Program-made: the position numbers and the translations under genes | Notes under the pieces: generated by a model | Database searches by the model: none | What the model was told of the DNA's origin: nothing | The model's input: only the letters and a program-made list of their open reading frames with translations | Shown here: positions 9,288 to 18,313 of the stretch, in pieces | Position numbering within the stretch: position 1 is the first letter of the stretch | Layout: each line of letters begins with the position of its first letter | From: a bacterium | GTDB lineage: Bacteria > Patescibacteriota > Microgenomatia > UBA1400 > UBA12108 | Assembly: GCA_043827085.1 (NCBI GenBank) | Contig: JBDRPO010000016.1 | Span: 42,752 to 106,751 of the forward strand | Length of the DNA: 64,000 nt | Direction of reading: 5' to 3'

Positions 9288-10560
9288 AGAATTTTTCTCA
9301 ACCTTAAAATCCAACCGCGAACTGCGGACTAGACTCTTAGTAACCCTATTTATTTTTGCTATCTTCCGTTTTGTCACCCACATCCCCGTGCCGGGAGTGA
9401 ATCTCGAAGCCATCAAACAAGTCTTCGCTTCCAATCAACTACTGTCACTTCTTGACGTCTTTTCTGGTGGTACTCTCGCCAACTTTTCCATCCTTGCTCT
9501 AGGCTTAAATCCCTATATCAACGCCTCTATCATTATGCAGCTCATGACCATGATTAACCCCAAGCTAGAAGAGATGCAAAAAGAAGGGGAGACTGGCCAG
9601 AACGTGATTAATGGGTATACCCGGATGCTCGCTGTCCCTCTCTCGATCATGCAAAGCGCCGCCATGTTTATGCTTCTCAAAAATAGTTCGCTGGTCACCG
9701 CAAGTAACCCTCTCGCGATTGTCACGCTCCTTGCGACCATGGCCGCCGGCAGCATCTTCCTCATGTGGCTAGGAGAGAACTTAACCGAGTACGGCATTGG
9801 CAACGGCATCTCCCTTCTCATTTTTGCCGGTATCGTCGGCCGCCTTCCCGTTACTTTCCTCCATACCAGCGCTACGTTCTCGACAGTTAATTCCGCCAGT
9901 ATGATTACTCTTGGCCTTCTTGGCTTATTTGTTATTTATGCAATCGTCGCAATCGACGAAGCCAAACGCCAGATCCCCGTCTCCTACTCGCGCCGCATCC
10001 GTGGTGGAAAAGACGTGGGTGGTGGCACGACGTACCTCCCGATCAAGCTCAATAATGCCGGCGTGATCCCGATTATCTTTGCGATCGCCTTGGTTTTGGC
10101 CCCGAGTATGCTCGCCAACGTCCTCAAAGGAGTCGCCAATTCGACAGTTGCGGGAGCTGCCGCTAGTTTCGCAGCCTGGTTTACCCCAACCTCTATCGCC
10201 TACAACGTCTTCTATTTCATCATGGTCGTGAGCTTTACCTATTTCTATACGGCGGTCGTTTTCGACACCGACAAAATTAGCGATCAGCTCAAACAAAATG
10301 GTGGCTACGTCCCTGGAATCCGCCCCGGCAAAGAGACCTCCAAATACCTAAGCTACATCGTCAAACGTACTACCTTAGCAGGCGCTCTCTTCCTTGGCGC
10401 TATTGCGGTTATGCCAAGTATCATTCAAGGCATGACCGGCATTACCAGTCTCACGATCGGCGGTACCAGTATCTTGATCGTCGTCTCTGTCGTCCTCGAG
10501 ACTTACCGCAAGACCCAGTCCTATCAAGTCGCCCGTAGCTATGATTCGTTTATCAGATAA
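9274..10560 (+). CDS. secY: Preprotein translocase subunit SecY
   Basis: A 10-TM protein with SecY-like sequence (plug and hinge regions) in the conserved position after rplO. Confidence 0.95.
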   Translation: MDKIREFFSTLKSNRELRTRLLVTLFIFAIFRFVTHIPVPGVNLEAIKQVFASNQLLSLLDVFSGGTLANFSILALGLNPYINASIIMQLMTMINPKLEEMQKEGETGQNVINGYTRMLAVPLSIMQSAAMFMLLKNSSLVTASNPLAIVTLLATMAAGSIFLMWLGENLTEYGIGNGISLLIFAGIVGRLPVTFLHTSATFSTVNSASMITLGLLGLFVIYAIVAIDEAKRQIPVSYSRRIRGGKDVGGGTTYLPIKLNNAGVIPIIFAIALVLAPSMLANVLKGVANSTVAGAAASFAAWFTPTSIAYNVFYFIMVVSFTYFYTAVVFDTDKISDQLKQNGGYVPGIRPGKETSKYLSYIVKRTTLAGALFLGAIAVMPSIIQGMTGITSLTIGGTSILIVVSVVLETYRKTQSYQVARSYDSFIR

Positions 10561-10582
10561 ATATATTATTGAAAGGAAAATC

Positions 10583-10801
10583 ATGTCCAAAAATATCATT
10601 TTCTATGCCCCCGAAGGCGCCGGTAAAACCACTCAGGCCAAAATGTTGGCCGAAAAGTTGGGCATTCCTTGCCAACCCTCCGGCGATTTAGTTCGCCGCA
10701 TGGCCGAGCAAGACAAGGGAATCATGGGTGAAACACTATCACTCCGGGTGACTATCACCCCGGGTGACTATCACCCCGGGTGTGTTAGCCTGGTAATTTA
10801 A
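10583..10801 (+). pseudogene. Adenylate kinase N-terminal fragment (~52 aa of Adk homology) that reads through tandem repeats
   Basis: MSKNIIFYAPEGAGKTTQAKMLAEKLGIPCQPSGDLVRRMAEQDKGIMGE matches the Adk P-loop and NMP-binding start. Homology then stops, and the rest of the ORF is encoded by 3x16-bp repeats. Confidence 0.6.
10735..10782 (+). repeat. Tandem direct repeat, 3 x 16 bp (ACTATCAC[T/C]CCGGGTG)
   Basis: Seen directly: actatcactccgggtg actatcaccccgggtg actatcaccccgggtg. Confidence 0.9.
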
Positions 10802-10810
10802 CCCGTTTTA

Positions 10811-10839
10811 ATATCACACACCCGGTGAGTGTGTGATAT
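10811..10839. repeat. Perfect palindrome ATATCACACAC-ccggtga-GTGTGTGATAT (11-bp stem) followed by TTTTCAT. Possible terminator or recombination site.
   Basis: Seen directly. The loop carries CCGGTGA, which is related to the adjacent repeat unit. Confidence 0.8.
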
Positions 10840-10930
10840 TTTCATACTTGACCTTTCCATTCGCCTTGATTGCGCTATAATATCTAAGTTCCATCATCAC
10901 TCGTTCACTTTATTTAGGAGATATAGTTCT

Positions 10931-11470
10931 ATGAAGATAATTTTGATTGGCATTCAGGGCTCAGGCAAATCCACGCAGGGCAATTTGTTATACGATAAAT
11001 TAAAACTTCCCTACCTCTCAAGTGGTCATATCTTCCGCGAAATGACCAAGGAAAAAACTCCTCTTGGTAGATATCTCAAAGAAACTCTCAACGCAGGCGC
11101 TTTAGTCTCAGATGAAAAAACCATTCCCATCATCGAAGAATACTTAGCCAAGCCCGAGTACCAAAAAGGCTACATCCTCGACGGTTTCCCTCGGACAACC
11201 AAACAAGCTCAAGAGTTTAGTAATGGTGTTGATAAAGTCATCCATCTCAAGGTTTCCGACAAAGAAGCTCTCTGGAGACTCTCTGGCCGCGTCGACGAAG
11301 GGGTAAGAGAAGATAACACCCTTGGGGCGATCCGCCAACGCATCAAACTTTTCCACGATGTCACTGAGCCAGTCCTCGATTTCTACCGCAGAGAAAACCG
11401 TCTCATTGAAGTTGATGGCGAGCGCGACATCGAGACCATCCATCAAGACATCATCTCGCAATTGAAGTAA
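10931..11470 (+). CDS. adk: Adenylate kinase (complete, short form)
   Basis: MKIILIGIQGSGKSTQ... and GYILDGFPRTTKQAQEF are Adk motifs. A TATAAT -10 element lies at 10876-10881 upstream. Confidence 0.9.
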   Translation: MKIILIGIQGSGKSTQGNLLYDKLKLPYLSSGHIFREMTKEKTPLGRYLKETLNAGALVSDEKTIPIIEEYLAKPEYQKGYILDGFPRTTKQAQEFSNGVDKVIHLKVSDKEALWRLSGRVDEGVREDNTLGAIRQRIKLFHDVTEPVLDFYRRENRLIEVDGERDIETIHQDIISQLK

Positions 11471-11473
11471 TTT

Positions 11474-12229
11474 ATGAACAAGCTTGACGCGATGCAGACA
11501 GGTGGGAAAATCCTCGGCAAAGTCCGCCAACGCCTGTATGACTTTACCCAAGTTGGAGTCACTCCCAAACAAATCGAGTTTAAAGCTCGGGAACTCATCA
11601 AAGCCGAGGGTGGTGAATTAAGTTTTAGCAAAGTCCCCGGGTATCGCTGGGCCACTTGTGTTAATCTCAATAGTGGCATCGTCCACGGCATCCCGACGAG
11701 TGAACAACCTCTCAAGGACGGTGATCTCGTCACCGTCGACATTGGCGTCTATTACCGTGGGTTTCACACCGATGCTTGCTTTAGTAAGGTGGTAGGAACC
11801 TCTAATTCAGAAAAACAACGTTTTCTTAAAGCTGGTCTAGAGGGGCTCAAAAACGCTGTTGCCTCCGTCAAAACAGGGAATCGTATCGGCGATATCACCC
11901 TCGCCATGGACTCTACCCTGAAAAAGTATGGCTACTCTGGTACTCGTGAGCTGACCGGACACGGTGTGGGGCGGCAGCTCCACGAAGACCCCATGATTAG
12001 CAATGTAGTTCTCACTCCTCGCGACAAAACTCCTCTTATGGCCGTCGGCCAGACTCTTGCCATCGAAATTATTTATGTCCAGGGGAAACCTGGTCTCGTA
12101 CTCGAGGAAGATGGCTGGACAATTAGTGCTAAAGATGGTACACTTTCAGCCGTATTCGAAGAGACCGTCGTCGTAGAAGACGACGGCTGTTCTATTTTGA
12201 CCACTCCTACATTGTTTCAGATCGTTTAA
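11474..12229 (+). CDS. map: Methionine aminopeptidase type I
   Basis: MAP metal-binding residue context is present (DLVTVDIGVYYRGFHTD, HGVGRQLHE, LAIE). Confidence 0.93.
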   Translation: MNKLDAMQTGGKILGKVRQRLYDFTQVGVTPKQIEFKARELIKAEGGELSFSKVPGYRWATCVNLNSGIVHGIPTSEQPLKDGDLVTVDIGVYYRGFHTDACFSKVVGTSNSEKQRFLKAGLEGLKNAVASVKTGNRIGDITLAMDSTLKKYGYSGTRELTGHGVGRQLHEDPMISNVVLTPRDKTPLMAVGQTLAIEIIYVQGKPGLVLEEDGWTISAKDGTLSAVFEETVVVEDDGCSILTTPTLFQIV

Positions 12230-12253
12230 TCTGGTACAATAATAAAATCAATT

Positions 12254-12493
12254 ATGAGCAAAGCCGGTGTCACAGAAAAGATCGGTACTGTCACTCAGGC
12301 TTTACCCAACACAATGTTTCGCGTCGCCCTCGATGAGGGGACCGAAATACTTGCGCATCTGTCTGGCAAAATGCGCATGTTTAGGATTAGCATCATGCCA
12401 GGTGACAAAGTTAAAGTTGAGATGACTCCATACGACACCACCAAAGGTCGTATTACTTATCGCGTACGCGAAGGTCAAGGGGCAACTATATGA
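12254..12493 (+). CDS. infA: Translation initiation factor IF-1
   Basis: S1-like IF-1 sequence ([24 protein letters not shown]). Confidence 0.93.
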   Translation: MSKAGVTEKIGTVTQALPNTMFRVALDEGTEILAHLSGKMRMFRISIMPGDKVKVEMTPYDTTKGRITYRVREGQGATI

Positions 12494-12606
12494 AAGTACA
12501 GGCATCACTGCGCAAACGCTGTTTGAAGTGCAAATATGTGCGAAGAAAACGCGTCTTATTTATCGTGTGCGAAAACCCTCGCCACAAACAACGTCAAGGA
12601 TAAATC
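12490..12606 (+). CDS. rpmJ: 50S ribosomal protein L36 (38 aa; below the ORF-track threshold)
   Basis: Translated by hand to [37 protein letters not shown], a zinc-ribbon L36. It has an ATGA overlap with infA and abuts rpsM. Confidence 0.85.
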
Positions 12607-13002
12607 ATGCTACGTTTAGTTGGAATTGATCTACCAGAAAATAAGCGTATTGAAGTTGCCTTGACCTACGTCTATGGCATTGGTCCCAAGATCTCCAAAA
12701 CCATTCTCACCAAAGCCAAAATCGACGTCAATCTCCGCGCCGTAGATCTCTCATCCGCGGACGTTGCCAAACTGCAAAAAATCATCGAAGAGTTCAAAGT
12801 CGAGGGAGATCTCAGGAAAGAAATCCGTGAAAATATCCAGCGCCTTAAACGCATTGGCAGCTACCGTGGTAGCAGACACTCTGCCGGTCTACCCGTGCGT
12901 GGTCAACGCACCCGCACCAACGCTCGTACCCTTCGCGGCAAGCGAAAAACGATCGGCGCCATGAAGAAAGAAGACGCCGCAAAAATAGGGGAAAAGAAAT
13001 AA
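12607..13002 (+). CDS. rpsM: 30S ribosomal protein S13
   Basis: S13-like sequence (GIDLPENKRIEVALTYVYGIG). Confidence 0.93.
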   Translation: MLRLVGIDLPENKRIEVALTYVYGIGPKISKTILTKAKIDVNLRAVDLSSADVAKLQKIIEEFKVEGDLRKEIRENIQRLKRIGSYRGSRHSAGLPVRGQRTRTNARTLRGKRKTIGAMKKEDAAKIGEKK

Positions 13003-13003
13003 T

Positions 13004-13375
13004 ATGGTAGCCAATAAAAACACCAAAAACGTGACTGACGGCCGCATTTATATCTTGGCGACTTTCAACAACACCATCGTGACCGTAACCGACACAAATG
13101 GTGGCGTCATAGGTTGGAGCTCAACCGGCAAAGTTGGCTTCAAGGGTTCCCGGAAGTCCACCCCCTACGCAGCTACCCAGGCAATCACCGCCGCAGTCGA
13201 TGCTGCAAAGGGCATGGGACTACGCCAAGCCGCCGTCTATATCAAAGGTCCTGGCCCAGGTCGCGACGCTGCCCTCCGAGTCCTTCGTGGGATTGGTATA
13301 AAAGTTACTGAAATGCTCGACGTGACACCTATTCCCCACAATGGTACAAGAGCTAAAAAACCGAGGCACGGATAA
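13004..13375 (+). CDS. rpsK: 30S ribosomal protein S11
   Basis: S11-like sequence (GRIYILATFNNTIVTVTD...GFKGSRKSTPYAA). Confidence 0.95.
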   Translation: MVANKNTKNVTDGRIYILATFNNTIVTVTDTNGGVIGWSSTGKVGFKGSRKSTPYAATQAITAAVDAAKGMGLRQAAVYIKGPGPGRDAALRVLRGIGIKVTEMLDVTPIPHNGTRAKKPRHG

Positions 13376-13376
13376 T

Positions 13377-13985
13377 ATGGCACGCTACACTGGACCAAAA
13401 AATAAAAAGGCTCGCCGCTTAGGTGTAGATTTAAATCTCAAATCTAACCCAAAATCGATCGAGCGCAGACTAAGTACTCCTCCAGGGGCTCACGGCCGCA
13501 AGGGAACCAGAAAAGTCTCCGATTATGGCGTCCAACTCGCCGAAAAACAAAAAGCCAAAATCTTGTACGGTATCCTTGAGCGTCAATTCCACAAATACTA
13601 CGTTGAAGCTTCTCGCGATCCTCTCGCAACCGGCGAAGTGATGCTGTCCCTTCTCGAGCGCCGTCTCGACAACTGTATCTATCGCCTCGGATTCGCTCCA
13701 ACCCGCGCGGCCGCTCGCCAACTAGTCGCACACGGCAACGTCACGGTGAACGGCAAAAAACTCAACATCCCCTCATACACAGTTCGCTTAAACGACGTGA
13801 TCTCCTTGACCGTTACCGGCAGCAAAATTCCCTATATTAAAGCCCGTCTTGAAAACAAAGATATTTTATCCGCTCCTTGGCTGGAGAAAAAAGCCATTGC
13901 GGGCAAGGTTTCTCGCTTGCCTGTAAGAAGCGACATCAATGAGGCTATTAACGAACAATTAATTGTGGAGTTTTATTCCCGTTAA
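13377..13985 (+). CDS. rpsD: 30S ribosomal protein S4
   Basis: MARYTGPKNKKARRLG is an S4 signature. The start is at the ATG after rpsK. Confidence 0.93.
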   Translation: MARYTGPKNKKARRLGVDLNLKSNPKSIERRLSTPPGAHGRKGTRKVSDYGVQLAEKQKAKILYGILERQFHKYYVEASRDPLATGEVMLSLLERRLDNCIYRLGFAPTRAAARQLVAHGNVTVNGKKLNIPSYTVRLNDVISLTVTGSKIPYIKARLENKDILSAPWLEKKAIAGKVSRLPVRSDINEAINEQLIVEFYSR

Positions 13986-14008
13986 TACGCTATATAAAGG
14001 GGGTCTGT

Positions 14009-14908
14009 ATGCAATCTATGAATTTCTCGGTGAAAACCATTGAAGAGAAAAACAACTATGGTGTCTTTGCGATCGAACCACTAGAAAATGGTCTGGGTCA
14101 CACCTTGGGCAACGCTCTTCGCCGCGTCCTTCTATCTAGTTTTCGTGGTGCCGCCATTACCGAAGTAAAAGTTGGTGGCGTAACTCACAAATTCTCGACC
14201 TTGGCCGGTCTCAGTGAAGATATGATTGATCTTATCCTCAACCTAAAATCTGTCAAAGTGGCCTACGATGGCGAGGAACCAGTAACTGCCAAGCTTAGTG
14301 TTAAAGGTCCCAAAATCGTCACCGCCCGCGACATCATCACTCCCGCGACTGTCAAAATCGTTAGTAGCGACGTGGTGATTGCCAACCTAAGTAAAGACAC
14401 CAAGCTTGAACTCGAGCTCACGATAGGTACTGGCTATGGTTACTCTCCCGCCGAGGAAAGACCAACTTCCACGATCGGAGCCATGTCAATTGACGCCATC
14501 TACTCTCCTGTCGAACGCGTCGCTTATAAAGTCGAGGCTACTCGTGTGGGTCGCCGCACGGACTACGACAAAGTAGTCATGGAGATTTATACCGATGGTT
14601 CAGAGCTCCCCTCCGTTGTCCTCAAAGAAGCCGCACGTATTCTCGTTGCAGCCTTCACTCAAATCGTCGAACCCAAAGAAGTTGTCGATTCGAATGTTGC
14701 CGCAACCATCTCTTCAAGCGTCCTCGTCGATGACCTAGGTCTCCCGACTCGTGTAGCAAATGCCCTCAAGGCTGCTGGCTACAAAACCGCCGCCGAGCTA
14801 GCTGGAGCAAGCGACAAAGATCTTAAAACCGTCAAAAATCTTGGTGGAAAATCCCTCGGATTGATCGACGAAGCTCTTGCTACCAAAGGTCTTACCCGCA
14901 CGAAATAA
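14009..14908 (+). CDS. rpoA: DNA-directed RNA polymerase subunit alpha (short, ~299 aa)
   Basis: The alpha N-terminal domain and CTD are present (GHTLGNALRRVLLSS; the CTD has LGLPTRVANALK). Confidence 0.93.
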   Translation: MQSMNFSVKTIEEKNNYGVFAIEPLENGLGHTLGNALRRVLLSSFRGAAITEVKVGGVTHKFSTLAGLSEDMIDLILNLKSVKVAYDGEEPVTAKLSVKGPKIVTARDIITPATVKIVSSDVVIANLSKDTKLELELTIGTGYGYSPAEERPTSTIGAMSIDAIYSPVERVAYKVEATRVGRRTDYDKVVMEIYTDGSELPSVVLKEAARILVAAFTQIVEPKEVVDSNVAATISSSVLVDDLGLPTRVANALKAAGYKTAAELAGASDKDLKTVKNLGGKSLGLIDEALATKGLTRTK

Positions 14909-14909
14909 T

Positions 14910-15419
14910 ATGAAAAAACACATCAGTGGTTACAAGCTCAATCGGGATTCAGAAGCGCGTCGAGCTCTGATGAAAAACCTGGTGTACTCGCTTATAAAGC
15001 ACGAGATGGTTATCACGACCAAAATCAAAGCCAAAGCAGTCACTCCCATTTTTGAGAAAATGATCACTCGCGCCAAGATTGATTCCGTCCAAAACCGCCG
15101 CATGATCCAAGCCTATATTCAAGAAAATGATCTTGTCCAGAAATTATTTGCGAGTATTGCCCCTCTTTATAAAGACGTCAAAGGTGGTTATACCAAACTG
15201 ACTTTGATTGGCAACCGTCGTGGCGACAACGCACCTTTGGTTAGACTATCGCTCACCAAACGTACCGTAGCCGCTGCCAAATCAGCTGCTCCTGCTGAAA
15301 CCGACAAAGCTAAATCCACCCCCAAACCAGCCGCCCCGAAACTCGTAGCTCCAAAAATTACCAAAGCCAGTACTGTTAAGTTAGCACCCGTTAGAGCTGG
15401 CAAAAGAGGTGACAAATGA
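14910..15419 (+). CDS. rplQ: 50S ribosomal protein L17 with Ala/Lys/Pro-rich C-terminal extension
   Basis: The L17 core (GYKLNRDSEARRALMKNL) is followed by a low-complexity ~50-aa tail (KSAAPAETDKAKSTPKPAAPK...). Confidence 0.9.
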   Translation: MKKHISGYKLNRDSEARRALMKNLVYSLIKHEMVITTKIKAKAVTPIFEKMITRAKIDSVQNRRMIQAYIQENDLVQKLFASIAPLYKDVKGGYTKLTLIGNRRGDNAPLVRLSLTKRTVAAAKSAAPAETDKAKSTPKPAAPKLVAPKITKASTVKLAPVRAGKRGDK

Positions 15420-15844
15420 AAAAACAAACTTCCATGGTCAAAACTGCCGATATCAAACGTTCCTGGCATCTAGTGGACTGTCAGGGTCAGACCCTCGGTC
15501 GTCTCGCAACCAAAATTGTTGGCCTTCTGACCGGCAAGCGTAAAGTTGACTACACTCCTCACATGGATATGGGTGATTTTGTAGTCGTCGTGAACGCCGA
15601 GGGCGTCGTGCTCACTGGCAATAAACTATTGAGTAAACAATACTCTCGTCACTCCGGTCATCCCGGCGGCTTCCGCCAGGAATCAGCCGGCCGCCTGATG
15701 GATCGAGATCCCCGGAAAGTCATCGAGCACGCCGTCCACGGAATGCTAGCTAAAAATAAGCTCCAAGATCCCCGCATGTCTCGCTTAAAAGTGTACAAAA
15801 CTGCAACTCACCCTCATTCTTCACAATTTGAAAAAAAGGACTAA
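15416..15844 (+). CDS. rplM: 50S ribosomal protein L13
   Basis: L13-like sequence (WHLVDCQGQTLGRLATKIVGLLTGK). Confidence 0.92.
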   Translation: MKKQTSMVKTADIKRSWHLVDCQGQTLGRLATKIVGLLTGKRKVDYTPHMDMGDFVVVVNAEGVVLTGNKLLSKQYSRHSGHPGGFRQESAGRLMDRDPRKVIEHAVHGMLAKNKLQDPRMSRLKVYKTATHPHSSQFEKKD

Positions 15845-15847
15845 TAT

Positions 15848-16294
15848 ATGGCTGAAAAAACCAAAAAAGCTATCAAAAAACCCAATTATACCTATGCTGT
15901 CGGGCGCAGAAAAACCGCTAATGCTCGTGTCCGCATCTATAATTCAGCTACTGTCCCAGGGTCAGACGGGGTTCAGATGACCGTCAACGGTAAACCAGCC
16001 GAAGTTTACTTCCCCGGTGAGACCGCCAAAGCCACTTACCGTAAACCCTTCATCATCACCGAGACTCTGACCAAGATGTCCGTCTCCGTCGTTGTCGCAG
16101 GATCAGGTAAAATGGGGCAGCTCGATGCTACCGTCCACGGCATTGCCCGCGCCCTCTCTCTTTTAGACCGCGACAAATATCGTGCCACCCTCAAAACTGC
16201 AGGGTTACTGACCCGCGACGCCCGCGCCAAACAGCGCCGCATGATCGGTACCGGCGGCAAGGCTCGTCGCACCAAGCAATCTCCGAAACGTTAA
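15848..16294 (+). CDS. rpsI: 30S ribosomal protein S9
   Basis: S9-like sequence with the characteristic C-terminal ...GGKARRTKQSPKR. Confidence 0.93.
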   Translation: MAEKTKKAIKKPNYTYAVGRRKTANARVRIYNSATVPGSDGVQMTVNGKPAEVYFPGETAKATYRKPFIITETLTKMSVSVVVAGSGKMGQLDATVHGIARALSLLDRDKYRATLKTAGLLTRDARAKQRRMIGTGGKARRTKQSPKR

Positions 16295-16310
16295 TCTTTC
16301 TGTTCCCCTA

Positions 16311-16397
16311 AAGGTCTGACCTGCTAAGGAAATGCTGAGCTTGCCGAAGCATGTTTAGTCGACTTCAAAATGCAATCAGGAGACCAGGTCAGACCTT
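16311..16397. repeat. REP/MITE-like palindromic element copy A (13-bp TIRs AAGGTCTGACCTG / CAGGTCAGACCTT, conserved core CTAAGGA...GATGTTTAGTCGACTTCAAAAT)
   Basis: Compared by eye with the copies at 20165, 43721, 42249 and 33019. The internal variable hairpin is ATGCT...AGCAT. Confidence 0.8.
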
Positions 16398-16485
16398 ATT
16401 GAATTTAATCTAGTGAATTTAATCTAGTTGACATTCGGGTAGTGTTTGGTCATAGTAGATATAGAATAAGTTTATAGGAGGGTTT

Positions 16486-17541
16486 ATGGCTAAAGCATCA
16501 GACAAAGCAGAGAAAACAGTCGGCGCCAAAAGTAATCTTCAATCCGAGAAACTTCAGGCAATCAAAGTAGCCATGGAACAGATCGACAAGCAATTTGGCA
16601 CCGGCTCTATCATGAAACTTGGTACCTCTCACCACATGGATATTGACTCTATTCCCACTTCAGCCATGGCGCTCGACTTGGCGCTAGGTATCGGTGGCTT
16701 CCCCCGCGGTCGGATCACCGAGATCTACGGCCCCGAGGCCTCAGGCAAGACTACCGTCTGTTTGCATGTCATCGCCGAAGCCCAAAAGTGTGGTGGTACC
16801 GCGGCCTTTATCGACGCCGAGCACGCGCTTGATCCAGCCCGCGCCAAAGCCGTGGGAGTAAATCTTGACGAACTCCTGATTTCCCAGCCCGATACCGGCG
16901 AGCAAGCACTTGAAATTGCTGAGACTCTCATTCGCTCCGGCGCAGTCGATGTGATTGTGGTTGATTCTGTCGCGGCTCTCGTCCCTAAAGCCGAGATCGA
17001 AGGGGAGATGGGCGACGCCGTCATGGGTATGCAAGCCCGCCTCATGAGCCAAGCCCTCAGGAAGCTCACCGGCGCGATCAGTAAAAGCAATACCGTTATG
17101 ATCTTTACCAACCAGCTCCGCATGAAGATCGGAGTGATGTTTGGCAATCCAGAGACAACCGCCGGCGGACAAGCCCTTAAGTTTTATTCTTCTGTTCGGA
17201 TCGACATGCGCAAAATTGGCAACATTACCGAAGGAGAAATTATCATTGGTTCTCATCATCGCGCCAAAATTGTGAAAAACAAAGTTGCTCCTCCCTTTAA
17301 AATTGCCGAGTTTGACATTATGACCACAGGCGGTATCTCCAAGTCCGGTGGTGTGTTGGATGTTGCCGTCGAGCAGGGGATAATTGAGAAATCTGGCTCC
17401 TTCTTCAAATATGCGGGGGAGATGCTCGCGCAAGGCAGGGAAGCCACCAAACAAATTCTCGAAGAAAAACCCGAACTCATGAAAAAAATCGAGAGAGAAA
17501 TCTGGGACAAAATCAAAGCCGTCGAAAAAGCCGCTGCCTAA
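16486..17541 (+). CDS. recA: Recombinase RecA
   Basis: Walker [10 protein letters not shown], plus IDAEHALD and the L1/L2 loops, are canonical RecA. Confidence 0.97.
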   Translation: MAKASDKAEKTVGAKSNLQSEKLQAIKVAMEQIDKQFGTGSIMKLGTSHHMDIDSIPTSAMALDLALGIGGFPRGRITEIYGPEASGKTTVCLHVIAEAQKCGGTAAFIDAEHALDPARAKAVGVNLDELLISQPDTGEQALEIAETLIRSGAVDVIVVDSVAALVPKAEIEGEMGDAVMGMQARLMSQALRKLTGAISKSNTVMIFTNQLRMKIGVMFGNPETTAGGQALKFYSSVRIDMRKIGNITEGEIIIGSHHRAKIVKNKVAPPFKIAEFDIMTTGGISKSGGVLDVAVEQGIIEKSGSFFKYAGEMLAQGREATKQILEEKPELMKKIEREIWDKIKAVEKAAA

Positions 17542-18162
17542 ATGCCTACAATTACTCGTCTTGTTCAGGGCAAGAAAAACCAGAGTCGTGTAAACCTCTA
17601 TCTCGACGGTCAGTTTGCCTTTGCACTTGGGATTGATGAGGTTGGAAAGCGTGGCCTCAAAAAAGGTCTCGAACTTACAACTGAGCAAGTAAACACTCTT
17701 GTCGCCACCGATGAAGACAATAAAGTTTACGCCAAAATCCTTAACTTTCTCTCTTTTCGTCCCCGTACTATTAAAGAAGTCCGCGATCGACTTATTCGTT
17801 ACGATGTCAAAGATCCTATCAAGCAATATGCTCTCATCAATCGATTGAAAAATAGAGGATATCTCGATGACCTCGCGTTTGCCCGCTGGTTTATTGAGTC
17901 TAGAAATACCCACAAGCTCCGTTCTCCCCGCATGCTCGAGCTTGAGCTCAAACGTCACGGGGTAGGAGATGACACCATCTCCCAAGTTATCTCAACTGTC
18001 ACCGCTCCCGAGGATACTATTTATCGTCTCTTGAGCAAGAAGTTAGGGACTAAACATACTCTAACCACTCAAGAAAGACAAAAAATCTACGCTTATTTCT
18101 CTCGTCAGGGTTTTGTTTGGGAAAAAATTCGGGAGGTTGTCAAAAAGTGGGAATCAGAGTAA
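17542..18162 (+). CDS. recX: RecA regulator RecX
   Basis: A ~200-aa three-helical-repeat protein immediately downstream of recA, with RecX-like sequence. Confidence 0.75.
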   Translation: MPTITRLVQGKKNQSRVNLYLDGQFAFALGIDEVGKRGLKKGLELTTEQVNTLVATDEDNKVYAKILNFLSFRPRTIKEVRDRLIRYDVKDPIKQYALINRLKNRGYLDDLAFARWFIESRNTHKLRSPRMLELELKRHGVGDDTISQVISTVTAPEDTIYRLLSKKLGTKHTLTTQERQKIYAYFSRQGFVWEKIREVVKKWESE

Positions 18163-18313
18163 AATAAAGCTACCTTTTAAGAAAGATATTACAAAAAACA
18201 TAAAAACATGACCAAACATATTTTCTCGACTTTCGTGAGTGAGGCTATCTAAGCCAGTTTTGTTGTTTTGGTAAGAATTTTCTTGACAGGGATAACAGTA
18301 TTTTAGGAGCTTT

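Noticed and set aside
10541-10801. The 86-aa ORF as an intact small protein.
   Set aside because: Only the first ~52 residues show Adk homology. The rest is translation of tandem repeats, so it is called an adk fragment/pseudogene instead.
10848-10881. A sigma70-type promoter TTGACC...TATAAT for adk.
   Set aside because: The -10 hexamer is perfect, but the spacing to the TTGACC is ~22 nt, which is too long. Only the -10 is credible, so it is mentioned in the finding and not listed as a feature.
16741-17985. A 414-aa minus-strand ORF spanning recA and recX.
   Set aside because: It is antisense to two well-supported conserved genes, has no recognisable motif, and is low-complexity Gly/Phe-rich. 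It is a typical shadow ORF from GC-rich third positions.
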